Below, in pieces: positions 1-7,394 of a stretch of 64,000 nt of DNA. Every line of letters begins with the position of its first letter. The first letter of the stretch is position 1. Origin of the DNA: a virus. Taxonomy: Duplodnaviria; Caudoviricetes. The stretch is taken from IMG/VR virus record IMGVR_UViG_3300035227_000232, positions 1 through 64,000 of that record. One strand, 5' to 3'. The position numbers and the translations under genes are program-made. The notes under the pieces were generated by a model. The model saw only the letters and a program-made list of their open reading frames with translations, was not told the DNA's origin and ran no database searches.

Positions 1-474
1 CTTTGACTGCATAGCTTCCGCGATGGTCGCCCTCTCTCCATGTTCATTGTCCCAAGCGAAGTAAGCTTCTCTAGCTTCAGAATCAGCATTTCTGCCTATA
101 ACTGAAAAATTAATCATCCCCGTCCTGTACTGAATCACTGGGCCGACAGAAGGTACGAACTCGTTCTCTATATATTCGCTCATCCTTCTTAAACTGTAGA
201 GATAGTCCTTCACGTCCAAAGGCAAATCCCAATCATTACTATAGATGAGGCCATCATTTTGCCATAGCTCGTTACCCATAGAACAAAAGATTCCAGACAC
301 TCGAGAAAGCACGCTGGAAGGAATCTGCTCGTATACATAGTCTTTGCTGCTGCCAGCAACTAAGTACACATCCTTATCCTCCATCCAAGATAGAAAATGG
401 ATGGCGAAAGACGAATCCATTTTTTCCCTTGGCGGGGTTATGGTTCCGTCAACATCAAACAAATAGCTTTTCAT
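1..474 (-). CDS. Phosphomannomutase-like HAD-IIB hydrolase (PMM2/Sec53 type), 3'-truncated by window edge
   Basis: Not in the ORF track; translated by hand from ATG 474: MKSYLFDVDGTITPPREKM...IQYRTGMINFSVIGRNADSEAREAY. It has the HAD motif I DxDGT and matches the PMM cap motif (EFRxGMxNxSxIGR). Frame is open to base 1. Confidence 0.8.
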   Translation of the reverse strand, partial: MKSYLFDVDGTITPPREKMDSSFAIHFLSWMEDKDVYLVAGSSKDYVYEQIPSSVLSRVSGIFCSMGNELWQNDGLIYSNDWDLPLDVKDYLYSLRRMSEYIENEFVPSVGPVIQYRTGMINFSVIGRNADSEAREAYFAWDNEHGERATIAEAMQSK

Positions 475-665
475 CGATTTCCTCCATTGTTTTCATTGAG
501 TAAATCCCGAAGGAGCTTAAGGTGAAAAACATACCAGCCATCTCCGACAGTAGTGCTTCCCTTCTTCCCAATATTCTCCCTTTTGTGACGCATGTCGTCC
601 TCTTGAGCCTTCTCTATTATCTGATTGAGAAGGACCGTAGCTCTTTCATTTTTCTCCTGAATCAT
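471..665 (-). CDS. Hypothetical protein (64 aa)
   Basis: ORF track; ATGA overlap with the PMM gene. Confidence 0.55.
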   Translation of the reverse strand: MIQEKNERATVLLNQIIEKAQEDDMRHKRENIGKKGSTTVGDGWYVFHLKLLRDLLNENNGGNR

Positions 666-807
666 TTTTCCTAATTTCCTTCTTAAGGTGATCTATTTGG
701 TTTTTCATGGCGGGATCAACTATATCGTCTTCTTCAATCTTATCTAGACCTTTGCCTATCTTCTTCAAGAAATCCACATAATTAAGTTGGTAATCATCGT
801 CACTCAT
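646..807 (-). CDS. Small acidic hypothetical protein (53 aa)
   Basis: Hand translation MSDDDYQLNYVDFLKKIGKGLDKIEEDD...NDSGEK*; TAATG stop/start overlap with the upstream gene; fills the gap in the operon. Confidence 0.6.
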   Translation of the reverse strand: MSDDDYQLNYVDFLKKIGKGLDKIEEDDIVDPAMKNQIDHLKKEIRKNDSGEK

Positions 808-1070
808 TATTGTGCCCAATCTTCGAAATTAAAGACCCAAAATATATCGCCGTCTTTAACCATAACCTTCTGAGGGTCCTTCTCTGATTGGGCCTCAGCT
901 ATAAGCCTACAGAAACACTCATGACAGAATCTCTTCCTTTTGAACTGAAAATATACAAGTTTTTTGGCATCTTTGAGAAGCTTATAATCTTTATGGGTAT
1001 ATTTTAATGCACATGACGAACATTTTACATGTCCTCTGGTCTTTGCTTGAACTACTTCTGCATTAAGCAT
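807..1070 (-). CDS. Hypothetical protein with CxxC...CxxC putative Zn-binding motif
   Basis: CSSC and CHEC motifs; GTGTAA motif 10 nt upstream of ATG. Confidence 0.65.
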   Translation of the reverse strand: MLNAEVVQAKTRGHVKCSSCALKYTHKDYKLLKDAKKLVYFQFKRKRFCHECFCRLIAEAQSEKDPQKVMVKDGDIFWVFNFEDWAQ

Positions 1071-1109
1071 CTAAAGTATTTTACACGTTTTGTTCTGGAA
1101 AAACGAATA

Positions 1110-1310
1110 TTACTTCGAAATGATATGTAATTCCTTCTTGGAATTTTGAATCTTCTTTAGGTGTTTTTCTGCCAATTCCCTGCCTTCTTCAGAAAAAGGG
1201 AATGCTCCGTATCGATAATCTTTTCTTTTCCCGACGATCAAATAATACTTTTTTTTCCTCTTTTTCGAGGGCGTTTTCTTCGCTGATTTTTTAGAGGTAT
1301 TTCTCGGCAT
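1110..1310 (-). CDS. Small Lys-rich hypothetical protein
   Basis: ORF track; overlaps the upstream gene end. Confidence 0.55.
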   Translation of the reverse strand: MPRNTSKKSAKKTPSKKRKKKYYLIVGKRKDYRYGAFPFSEEGRELAEKHLKKIQNSKKELHIISK

Positions 1311-1614
1311 CCTTTTCTATCCTATCCATTAATTTAAATTCGAATTCTTTCTTCCCGAAAAGATAAATTATCTTATTCTCAGCATCTGTATACCTTTCTT
1401 CGTAGTCTGAACTTTCTACCCCCATCAGTTCCTCTAGCTCTAGCTCGTCAATTATGTCTAAATTACCAAGCATCTCTTTTTCCCACCAATCAATAGAGAC
1501 AGTCGCCATATGGTAAGCTTGCTCAGCGCGGAACCTTCTTAAAGCTCGAACACAAGTTTTTCCTAAAAGCCTTTCTAGACTTTTACTATTGTCTCCATTC
1601 TTATCGTTATTCAT
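1291..1614 (-). CDS. Hypothetical acidic protein
   Basis: ORF track 1291..1671; start trimmed to ATG 1614 (MNNDK), which couples to the stop of the upstream ORF. Confidence 0.6.
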   Translation of the reverse strand: MNNDKNGDNSKSLERLLGKTCVRALRRFRAEQAYHMATVSIDWWEKEMLGNLDIIDELELEELMGVESSDYEERYTDAENKIIYLFGKKEFEFKLMDRIEKDAEKYL

Positions 1615-1798
1615 CGATTTCCCTGACGATTTCGCAATGGACAGACTGACATTTGATAAAACCCTCGTCAAATAAATACTTAATGAGTACCTCGGCTTCT
1701 TCTAATGTCATGGTATCAAGCGAGTCTTTTATAACAACTCTTCGAGTGCTATTAGAAATCATTATGTCCACCCCGTTCAATGTGATATGTTTCACCAA
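1607..1798 (-). CDS. Hypothetical protein (63 aa)
   Basis: ORF track (TTG/GTG start); GTGTAA motif immediately upstream. Confidence 0.6.
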   Translation of the reverse strand: MVKHITLNGVDIMISNSTRRVVIKDSLDTMTLEEAEVLIKYLFDEGFIKCQSVHCEIVREIDE

Positions 1799-1814
1799 TA
1801 GTAATTACACCAAC

Positions 1815-2282
1815 ATGGACAAAGAGAAAGGAAGAAAGGTTTTGAACTATCTGTGGAAGATAGCGTTCGTCTTATTCTTCATCTTCTTGGTGTTCGGTTT
1901 AAAATACAAGATACTATACAACAGTGGGGACAGTATGACGCCTACTATTGTTAACGCTCAAATGATAGTCATGGAAAGGTACTGGAATGGATGCTACCCA
2001 GATAGATTAGATATCGTCGTCATCAAATCTTCTGATGATGGAGATACTTTGAACAAGAGGATCGTTGGTATGCCTGACGAAATACTTGAGGTTAGAGACG
2101 GGATAATATATATAAATGATAAGAGAATGAATGACCCTTACGTCGTAGCAACTAGAAATTTCTCGGTAGAGCGGATGTTAATCCCCAAGGACTGTTATTA
2201 CGTCATCGGGGATGATAGAGGAAATTCCCTCTGCGGAATATTTCACCGCAGAGAGATTTGGGGTATAGTTATTTTTTTTTGA
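1815..2282 (+). CDS. lepB: Signal peptidase I (S26)
   Basis: N-terminal TM helix, catalytic Ser box SGDSMTPT, Lys box LNKRIVGMP and box E-like YYVIGDDRGNS. Start moved to ATG 1815 because the longer ORF overlaps a minus-strand gene. Confidence 0.85.
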   Translation: MDKEKGRKVLNYLWKIAFVLFFIFLVFGLKYKILYNSGDSMTPTIVNAQMIVMERYWNGCYPDRLDIVVIKSSDDGDTLNKRIVGMPDEILEVRDGIIYINDKRMNDPYVVATRNFSVERMLIPKDCYYVIGDDRGNSLCGIFHRREIWGIVIFF

Positions 2283-2418
2283 CAGCCTTCTTCCTGCGAA
2301 CAGGTTTTTGGGCGACGACAAATCTTTTGGTTACTACCACTTCGTCCAGTATTCGGTTCCCCAGCCATAGGCCATAGCCTATCGCCGACATCATTAAAGC
2401 AAGGATTGCATAGTCCAT
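2269..2418 (-). CDS. Small single-pass membrane protein (49 aa)
   Basis: Hand translation MDYAILALMMSAIGYGLWLGNRILDEVVVTKRFVVAQKPVRRKKAVKKK*; hydrophobic N-half and basic tail; CAGGTGTAAT upstream. Confidence 0.6.
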   Translation of the reverse strand: MDYAILALMMSAIGYGLWLGNRILDEVVVTKRFVVAQKPVRRKKAVKKK

Positions 2419-2482
2419 AATCTAAATCCTCTAGTACTCCTAGAGAGTAATGTTTATTACACCTGAAAATTAGATAGTGACG

Positions 2483-2517
2483 AAAAAACGCAGCGAAGTG
2501 AAAACCTCGCTGCGTTT
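2483..2517 (-). terminator. Rho-independent terminator
   Basis: Inverted repeat aaacgcagcga...tcgctgcgttt followed by a T run on the minus strand, downstream of the lipoprotein gene. Confidence 0.75.
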
Positions 2518-2540
2518 ATGAGCAGGGCGGAATGTGTTCC

Positions 2541-2690
2541 TCAAGAACTGCAAGAGCAACTACAGCCCTCTACGGAACAAGAACCGGAATCACAACATCC
2601 TGAATCACAGGAACATTTCGAGCATTTAGAATCCCCCCAATTGCAACCCACTAGGGCAACTACAGAAAGCAAAAGAACAATTTTTTTCAT
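2541..2690 (-). CDS. Cys-rich small lipoprotein (49 aa, lipobox LVGC)
   Basis: Hand translation MKKIVLLLSVVALVGC-NWGDSKCSKCSCDSGCCDSGSCSVEGCSCSCSS*; AGAGGT RBS; starts 2 nt after the protease stop. Confidence 0.75.
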   Translation of the reverse strand: MKKIVLLLSVVALVGCNWGDSKCSKCSCDSGCCDSGSCSVEGCSCSCSS

Positions 2691-2692
2691 GA

Positions 2693-3640
2693 CTACCTCT
2701 TTTCGATGACGGTTTTAGTTGTCGGTTTTTTTAAATCGATTACCCGAAGTTGGAATGGGAACAGTTTTTTAGCTGCTTCCTTTTTCTCATCATCTTCAGC
2801 GGTTTCTTCATCTTTGGGCGTGTTTTCGATAGACATTTTTTTAAGTTCTTCGCTGTCAGGCATCGCTACCGTCTTATCGACAGCCCACATGATTTTATGC
2901 CTTTTACAGTAATCAGCGATTCTGCGGACAGGTACGATAAGGTTAAACCCCTCTCCTGCTCCACGAACCAACATCCCTACGTATTTGGCGTCAGACTTTA
3001 AGTAGACTCCGCCCCCGCTACTCCCCGGAAACGCGGTACACGTCGTCTGATCAAACACATGCTTGTTAAGGTCTTTAATGATTCTGCCATGCTGAGAATA
3101 GATTCCATCCGTCATAGAGTTCGCGCCCATTTGACCGAGAAGGGAACCGACGTGTAGGAGGTCTGTCCCTAGTGCAGGAATTTTTTCGTCAAGATAGAAC
3201 ACTACGCTATCAGTCACAAAGTTATACTTACGGACGCGAAGCAATGCAAGATCGTGGCCATCCTCACTATCGCTATACTTTAATACTTCTGCGTCCATCT
3301 GAAGGCGACCAACGGTGCGTCCGTTCTGCCGAATCTCTTTAATAATCATTGGGTCCTTGAACTCCACTAAAGTTCTCGGGGCTCCATTGAGAAGGATTTT
3401 CCTCTCGCTCCTCAAATTATCTATGACATGTCCGGCGGTCCATACCAGATTTATAAGGTTTCCATCCTTGTCTTTTCGAGTAAAGATGACTCCACTCCCT
3501 TCCCCAGCAGAGTAACCGCTTTCTGCCCTGATCGTGACAGATACATTTTGAAGGTGTTCAGCAGTAGAAACTTTTTTCTCTGCGGAGGTTCCGGTAAAGC
3601 TAAGCATTACCGCCATTGAAAAAGCGATGAGTGTTTTCAT
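2693..3640 (-). CDS. Secreted trypsin-like (S1) serine protease
   Basis: Signal peptide MKTLIAFSMAVMLSFTGTSA; catalytic triad motifs WTAGHV, HDLALL and PGSSGGG. Confidence 0.85.
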   Translation of the reverse strand: MKTLIAFSMAVMLSFTGTSAEKKVSTAEHLQNVSVTIRAESGYSAGEGSGVIFTRKDKDGNLINLVWTAGHVIDNLRSERKILLNGAPRTLVEFKDPMIIKEIRQNGRTVGRLQMDAEVLKYSDSEDGHDLALLRVRKYNFVTDSVVFYLDEKIPALGTDLLHVGSLLGQMGANSMTDGIYSQHGRIIKDLNKHVFDQTTCTAFPGSSGGGVYLKSDAKYVGMLVRGAGEGFNLIVPVRRIADYCKRHKIMWAVDKTVAMPDSEELKKMSIENTPKDEETAEDDEKKEAAKKLFPFQLRVIDLKKPTTKTVIEKR

Positions 3641-3712
3641 AATTAACTATATCCCACCATTAATTACACCTGTTCATTTCATTTTTCCGAAACTTTCTAA
3701 TACACTCGAACC

Positions 3713-3895
3713 TCAAACTGTGCCTTCTTTGTATCTCCAAGCATATCTATCTTGTTCTCTCTTCCTACGCATGTAATCCCTTTTCTGTTTTCTCCTTTTT
3801 TCTACATCTCTATTATCGTAGGCTTTCCCCGCTAACTTAATTGCCTCTTTGCCTTTTTCAGTTTGAGAATATTTCTCTTGTCTCTTGTTCTTCAT
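3713..3895 (-). CDS. Small basic hypothetical protein
   Basis: ORF track; K/R-rich helical sequence. Confidence 0.5.
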   Translation of the reverse strand: MKNKRQEKYSQTEKGKEAIKLAGKAYDNRDVEKRRKQKRDYMRRKREQDRYAWRYKEGTV

Positions 3896-3949
3896 GTCTA
3901 TAGTCCACCTTGTTAAAAATTTCTCCGTCGGTTTCGAAATCGTTTTTTT

Positions 3950-4561
3950 TCATTTCTTCTTGATAACCTTAAATCCGTTATGCTCTAGAACTTCTCGACA
4001 AAGAATAATAAAATTCTTGACGCTCATATCAGACTTAGCTGCGTTCGCCTTAGATGTGGACAACCCCAAATTTGATAAATCATTTGTACCTCCTTTGGAA
4101 ACTGGTTTGATGTGATCAAAATTATATAGCTCACCCTTCTTAAGGTCGATAGACTTCCCCGTCAAATAACAAGTAGGATTGCTCCCAATTTTTTTCATGA
4201 CCTCTTTATAGTTAAAATCGATCTTGATATTGTTCACCTTGTGCTTCCCTTTTAAATTCTTCATTCTAGATTTAAATTGTTTCACTTTGTTTCTGAACAA
4301 GTCGTGAGGAGAAAGTTTCCCTGATCCTCTTTTCAGCTTAACATTAGGATACGGTTTTCTGTTCAAAAATACAGATAGTTTTATCCGTATAAGACCATTC
4401 TCTTTCGATGCCCACTTCTTTTTCCTTATCTTATGTTTTTCTTTTTGACCATCGCCGACATGAAAAGAAATTGTAGACTTAGCACAGCCCAATATGCCAA
4501 CGATCTCATCGTAAGTCTTCCCCTCCTTTCTTAACTTAATTATGGATTCCTTTAGCACCAT
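3950..4561 (-). CDS. HNH homing endonuclease with N-terminal HTH
   Basis: HTH GKTYDEIVGILGCAKSTISFH; HNH core FDHIKPVSKGGTNDLSNL...ANAAKSD; adjacent to the tRNA. Confidence 0.8.
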   Translation of the reverse strand: MVLKESIIKLRKEGKTYDEIVGILGCAKSTISFHVGDGQKEKHKIRKKKWASKENGLIRIKLSVFLNRKPYPNVKLKRGSGKLSPHDLFRNKVKQFKSRMKNLKGKHKVNNIKIDFNYKEVMKKIGSNPTCYLTGKSIDLKKGELYNFDHIKPVSKGGTNDLSNLGLSTSKANAAKSDMSVKNFIILCREVLEHNGFKVIKKK

Positions 4562-4565
4562 AACA

Positions 4566-4642
4566 TGGTACTTCCGCTGGGACTCGAACCCAGAACCCTC
4601 GGTTTAGAAAACCGATGCTCTATCCAATTGAGCTACGGAAGC
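4566..4642 (-). tRNA. tRNA-Arg (anticodon TCT), CCA encoded
   Basis: Cloverleaf GCTTCCG/CGGAAGT acceptor, GCTC/GAGC D-stem, TCGGT-TTTCTAA-ACCGA anticodon arm, CTGGG-TTCGAGT-CCCAG T-arm, ACCA end; 77 nt. Confidence 0.97.
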
Positions 4643-4643
4643 A

Positions 4644-4934
4644 CTATAACCGAAAAAGTCTTTCGGTATTATAGTACAACTCTACGAAGTCTACGTCCAA
4701 CGATTGTTTAATCGCGCTTTTCTGGACGGGTAAAATCCTAATGGGGATTTGGATTGCCAAAGTGATTAGTTCATTTCTAACTTTATCCTTGTCGCATTTA
4801 CAACAAACTTTAAAGAAAGCGCACTTTTCTAAGAAGTCATGAAGGACATCTCCCACATCATAAAGTTCAGGGTGGCTATCAAGGAAATCCCTAAAAACCC
4901 CGACGCTCTCGAAAACATGTCCTTTGCTGATCAT
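4644..4934 (-). CDS. Hypothetical protein
   Basis: ORF track; operonic overlap; stop abuts the tRNA 5' end. Confidence 0.6.
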   Translation of the reverse strand: MISKGHVFESVGVFRDFLDSHPELYDVGDVLHDFLEKCAFFKVCCKCDKDKVRNELITLAIQIPIRILPVQKSAIKQSLDVDFVELYYNTERLFRL

Positions 4935-5272
4935 CTACTAAGTTTACACAGAGAGCGGTAAACTAGTAGCGATAGAATATATACCATAGCCCACGAGACG
5001 AAGGCCAAACCTAAAAAAATACAGCAAATGATGGTTGACCAGAACCCAATACAATAAGGGCACGAAATCAATTTAGTATAAAAACTCGGATATCTCACCA
5101 AGAGATACTCTGGATAATTTTTACACTTACCATCTAATTCGTAATCATCATAATCACACACGTCCACCAACCCTCCTAAATTAAAAAAGTTGATATACTC
5201 TACAACACCGTTAGTTTCGAACCACAAAACTAGAAAGGTGGTAACAAATCCTACTGAAAAAGCAATCTCCAT
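4931..5272 (-). CDS. Membrane protein, DUF1360-like (SCPYCxGFW)
   Basis: Hydrophobic helices around LISCPYCIGFWSTII. Confidence 0.6.
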   Translation of the reverse strand: MEIAFSVGFVTTFLVLWFETNGVVEYINFFNLGGLVDVCDYDDYELDGKCKNYPEYLLVRYPSFYTKLISCPYCIGFWSTIICCIFLGLAFVSWAMVYILSLLVYRSLCKLSR

Positions 5273-5274
5273 TT

Positions 5275-5856
5275 TTATGTATCCTTTCTATTAAACCATT
5301 TCCATTCAATTGGAGGTAAAGGTTTTAACTCTTCAGCCTTTATGGCATAAGCACCCTCTAGAGGTCCTGACTTCACAGGCTCCGTAGGTAGATCGCTATC
5401 CGTGGCCCAACCAGTAAAAATAACTTCTTTAGGAAAACTCTCATCTTCCCAAGGTTTAATCAATCCATGAACATAAATCTGTCTTTCGTGCCTTTCTCTT
5501 GGCCTGACAAGCAGATGGTAATCCAAAGCTGTCATATGATCATAACGCCAAAGAGAAACCTTAAAGTCAATATTGGTTCCGATTATATCTTCTCCTCCGT
5601 CTCCAATATGAGGAAATTTATTTTGCATGTATCTGGACTGAATATACCCTTCTATACCTCCAGAGAATAGCTTGTTTCCAGCGAGGGTTCCAAGTTGCCC
5701 AACCAAGCTGTCTATCTTTTGTCTTTCTAGCCTCTCTGCTTTATCAGAAAAAATTCTTGATACCCCGCCGACCTCGGCTTCCTTGGCCTCGAATTCAGCA
5801 ACTGAGAAGTAAAATCGATTGATCCTTACTCTTACGATGTCATTTTCTGCAATCAT
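5275..5856 (-). CDS. Hypothetical protein, possible PD-(D/E)XK nuclease fold
   Basis: GDGGEDIIGTNIDFKVS resembles the D...(D/E)xK core. Confidence 0.45.
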   Translation of the reverse strand: MIAENDIVRVRINRFYFSVAEFEAKEAEVGGVSRIFSDKAERLERQKIDSLVGQLGTLAGNKLFSGGIEGYIQSRYMQNKFPHIGDGGEDIIGTNIDFKVSLWRYDHMTALDYHLLVRPRERHERQIYVHGLIKPWEDESFPKEVIFTGWATDSDLPTEPVKSGPLEGAYAIKAEELKPLPPIEWKWFNRKDT

Positions 5857-6329
5857 TTAGTGGAAGAAATACCAGATGATCCAAACCCTTTCTCTCCCCT
5901 GTCTGAATCAGTAAGTTCCTCTTTCAAATCCCACTGCACGCCGATGCATTGTTCAATTATTAATTGTGCAATTCTATCGCCCGGATTAATGATAAAATCA
6001 TTAACATTCCCGAACATACCACCGAATGCGCGATCTTCTACCACTGCATTAAGATTGCATAACAATACCCTGACCTCTCCCCTGTAAGATGAATCGACAA
6101 CGCCAGCCATAACATCTATCCCATTCTTAACAGCAAGCCCACTCCTTGGAGCTATCCTTCCATAATAACCATTCGGGATTTCCACTGCTATCCCCGTAGA
6201 AATCAGTTTTCTCTCAAGTGGCCCTATTTTTTGCCTAACCACTGAATACAAATCATAACCAGCATCCCCATCCTTAGCTCTAAATGGCTCTACTGCCGAT
6301 TCTCTCAGCTTCATGTAATTGATGTTCAT
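5853..6329 (-). CDS. dut: Trimeric dUTPase
   Basis: Motifs AGYDL, IAPRSGLA, GVVDSSYRGE, GDRIAQL and RGEKGFGSSG. Confidence 0.95.
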   Translation of the reverse strand: MNINYMKLRESAVEPFRAKDGDAGYDLYSVVRQKIGPLERKLISTGIAVEIPNGYYGRIAPRSGLAVKNGIDVMAGVVDSSYRGEVRVLLCNLNAVVEDRAFGGMFGNVNDFIINPGDRIAQLIIEQCIGVQWDLKEELTDSDRGEKGFGSSGISSTK

Positions 6330-6748
6330 AGGAGTAAGTCTTCATCGATCTTTTGAATCAAATCGATACGGAAATCTTCAGCTAAAGTCAGAGACGAATA
6401 ATCTCTATCGTAAACGTCTTGAAAAACTAAAGTTCTTATACCATACGCAGCGATTGTTTTAATACAATCATTACAAGGCAGAAGTGTGCTGGCAATCAGC
6501 CGACATTCACCGGGACGAACGTAGCGAAGGGCATTAACTTCAGCATGAATCACTCGTTTCCTTCTTGCGTCTCGATTATCCCACAAGATATCTATACCGG
6601 GAGGTGGCCCATTGTACCCTATTCCTCCTATAGAATTATCGTGCCTTAATACACAGGCCCCAACTTTAACATAAGGGTCTTCACTTCTCTGGGCAGCTAC
6701 TTTAGCTAAGCTTAAGGAATACTCCTCCCAAGAGAGACGTTCAGGCAT
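6326..6748 (-). CDS. dCMP deaminase
   Basis: HAEVNA and PCNDC Zn motifs, KVGACV; start trimmed to MPERLSW (ATG 6748). Confidence 0.9.
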   Translation of the reverse strand: MPERLSWEEYSLSLAKVAAQRSEDPYVKVGACVLRHDNSIGGIGYNGPPPGIDILWDNRDARRKRVIHAEVNALRYVRPGECRLIASTLLPCNDCIKTIAAYGIRTLVFQDVYDRDYSSLTLAEDFRIDLIQKIDEDLLL

Positions 6749-6881
6749 CGTCTGACTCGCCTCTGATGAAGCGTTCATATTCTTCTTCTGACTCAAAGTG
6801 GTCATCGTACCAAGCCTTTTTTCTAACCCAAACGCAAGTAACGTAAAAGAGAATAAATCCTACTATTAATCCGAAACCCAT
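6741..6881 (-). CDS. Small membrane protein (46 aa)
   Basis: Hand translation MGFGLIVGFILFYVTCVWVRKKAWYDDHFESEEEYERFIRGESDDA*; stop overlaps the deaminase ATG. Confidence 0.6.
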   Translation of the reverse strand: MGFGLIVGFILFYVTCVWVRKKAWYDDHFESEEEYERFIRGESDDA

Positions 6882-6887
6882 CCCCCG

Positions 6888-6915
6888 ATGGTATCAAAAA
6901 TTTCTCGACTGTCAA
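6888..6915 (-). promoter_or_regulatory. Sigma70-like promoter (TTGACA-16-TACCAT)
   Basis: Read directly; ATG 6881 lies 6 nt after the -10 box. Confidence 0.6.
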
Positions 6916-6923
6916 GTATTAAC

Positions 6924-6951
6924 TTTACATCAGAAGTCTAAATGTTAACTT
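6924..6951 (+). promoter_or_regulatory. Sigma70-like promoter (TTTACA-16-TAACTT)
   Basis: Divergent partner of the promoter above; ATG 6958 lies 6 nt after the -10 box. Confidence 0.5.
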
Positions 6952-6957
6952 CTCCAC

Positions 6958-7383
6958 ATGACAGTACTGGATGCGACAATGGAACTCTTCACTTTCTTCC
7001 AATCGAACGATTGCTTTGAAATAAACAAGGATTTTTCTGCCGTAGTCCAAATCACGGATAATCCTGAGCAAGATAGGGCTGCTGTCCAGTGCGCTTTAGA
7101 GGAGATGGAGGAATTCGGAGTCCTTAGACATCACGAGTCTGATAGTACGACTCATTACATCTTGAAGAAATCTCTTGACTCGAACGAACAAGAAGTCAAG
7201 ATCGCGCCGATGACCGCCGTGGGAGTCTCTAAAGCGATAAACGGATTCTGCCACATCATCGAAGACTATAAGGACGAATGTGATCCATTAGCCATCGAAG
7301 AGAAGGACATCCAAAATTTAGTCTTTATTGTCGGGTTTCTTGCTCATCAAGGGGCTCAACAAGAAGAAGAACAAAAAGAGTGA
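6958..7383 (+). CDS. Hypothetical acidic protein
   Basis: ORF track; natural-looking composition. Confidence 0.7.
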   Translation: MTVLDATMELFTFFQSNDCFEINKDFSAVVQITDNPEQDRAAVQCALEEMEEFGVLRHHESDSTTHYILKKSLDSNEQEVKIAPMTAVGVSKAINGFCHIIEDYKDECDPLAIEEKDIQNLVFIVGFLAHQGAQQEEEQKE

Positions 7384-7394
7384 GAATCTCTTTT

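Noticed and set aside
1653-1814. N-terminal extension of the signal peptidase ORF
   Set aside because: It overlaps a better minus-strand gene and its upstream motif; ATG 1815 gives a normal LepB N-terminus.
2518-2709. Plus-strand 63-aa Q/E-rich ORF
   Set aside because: It is the antisense shadow of the Cys-rich lipoprotein, which has an RBS, lipobox and terminator.
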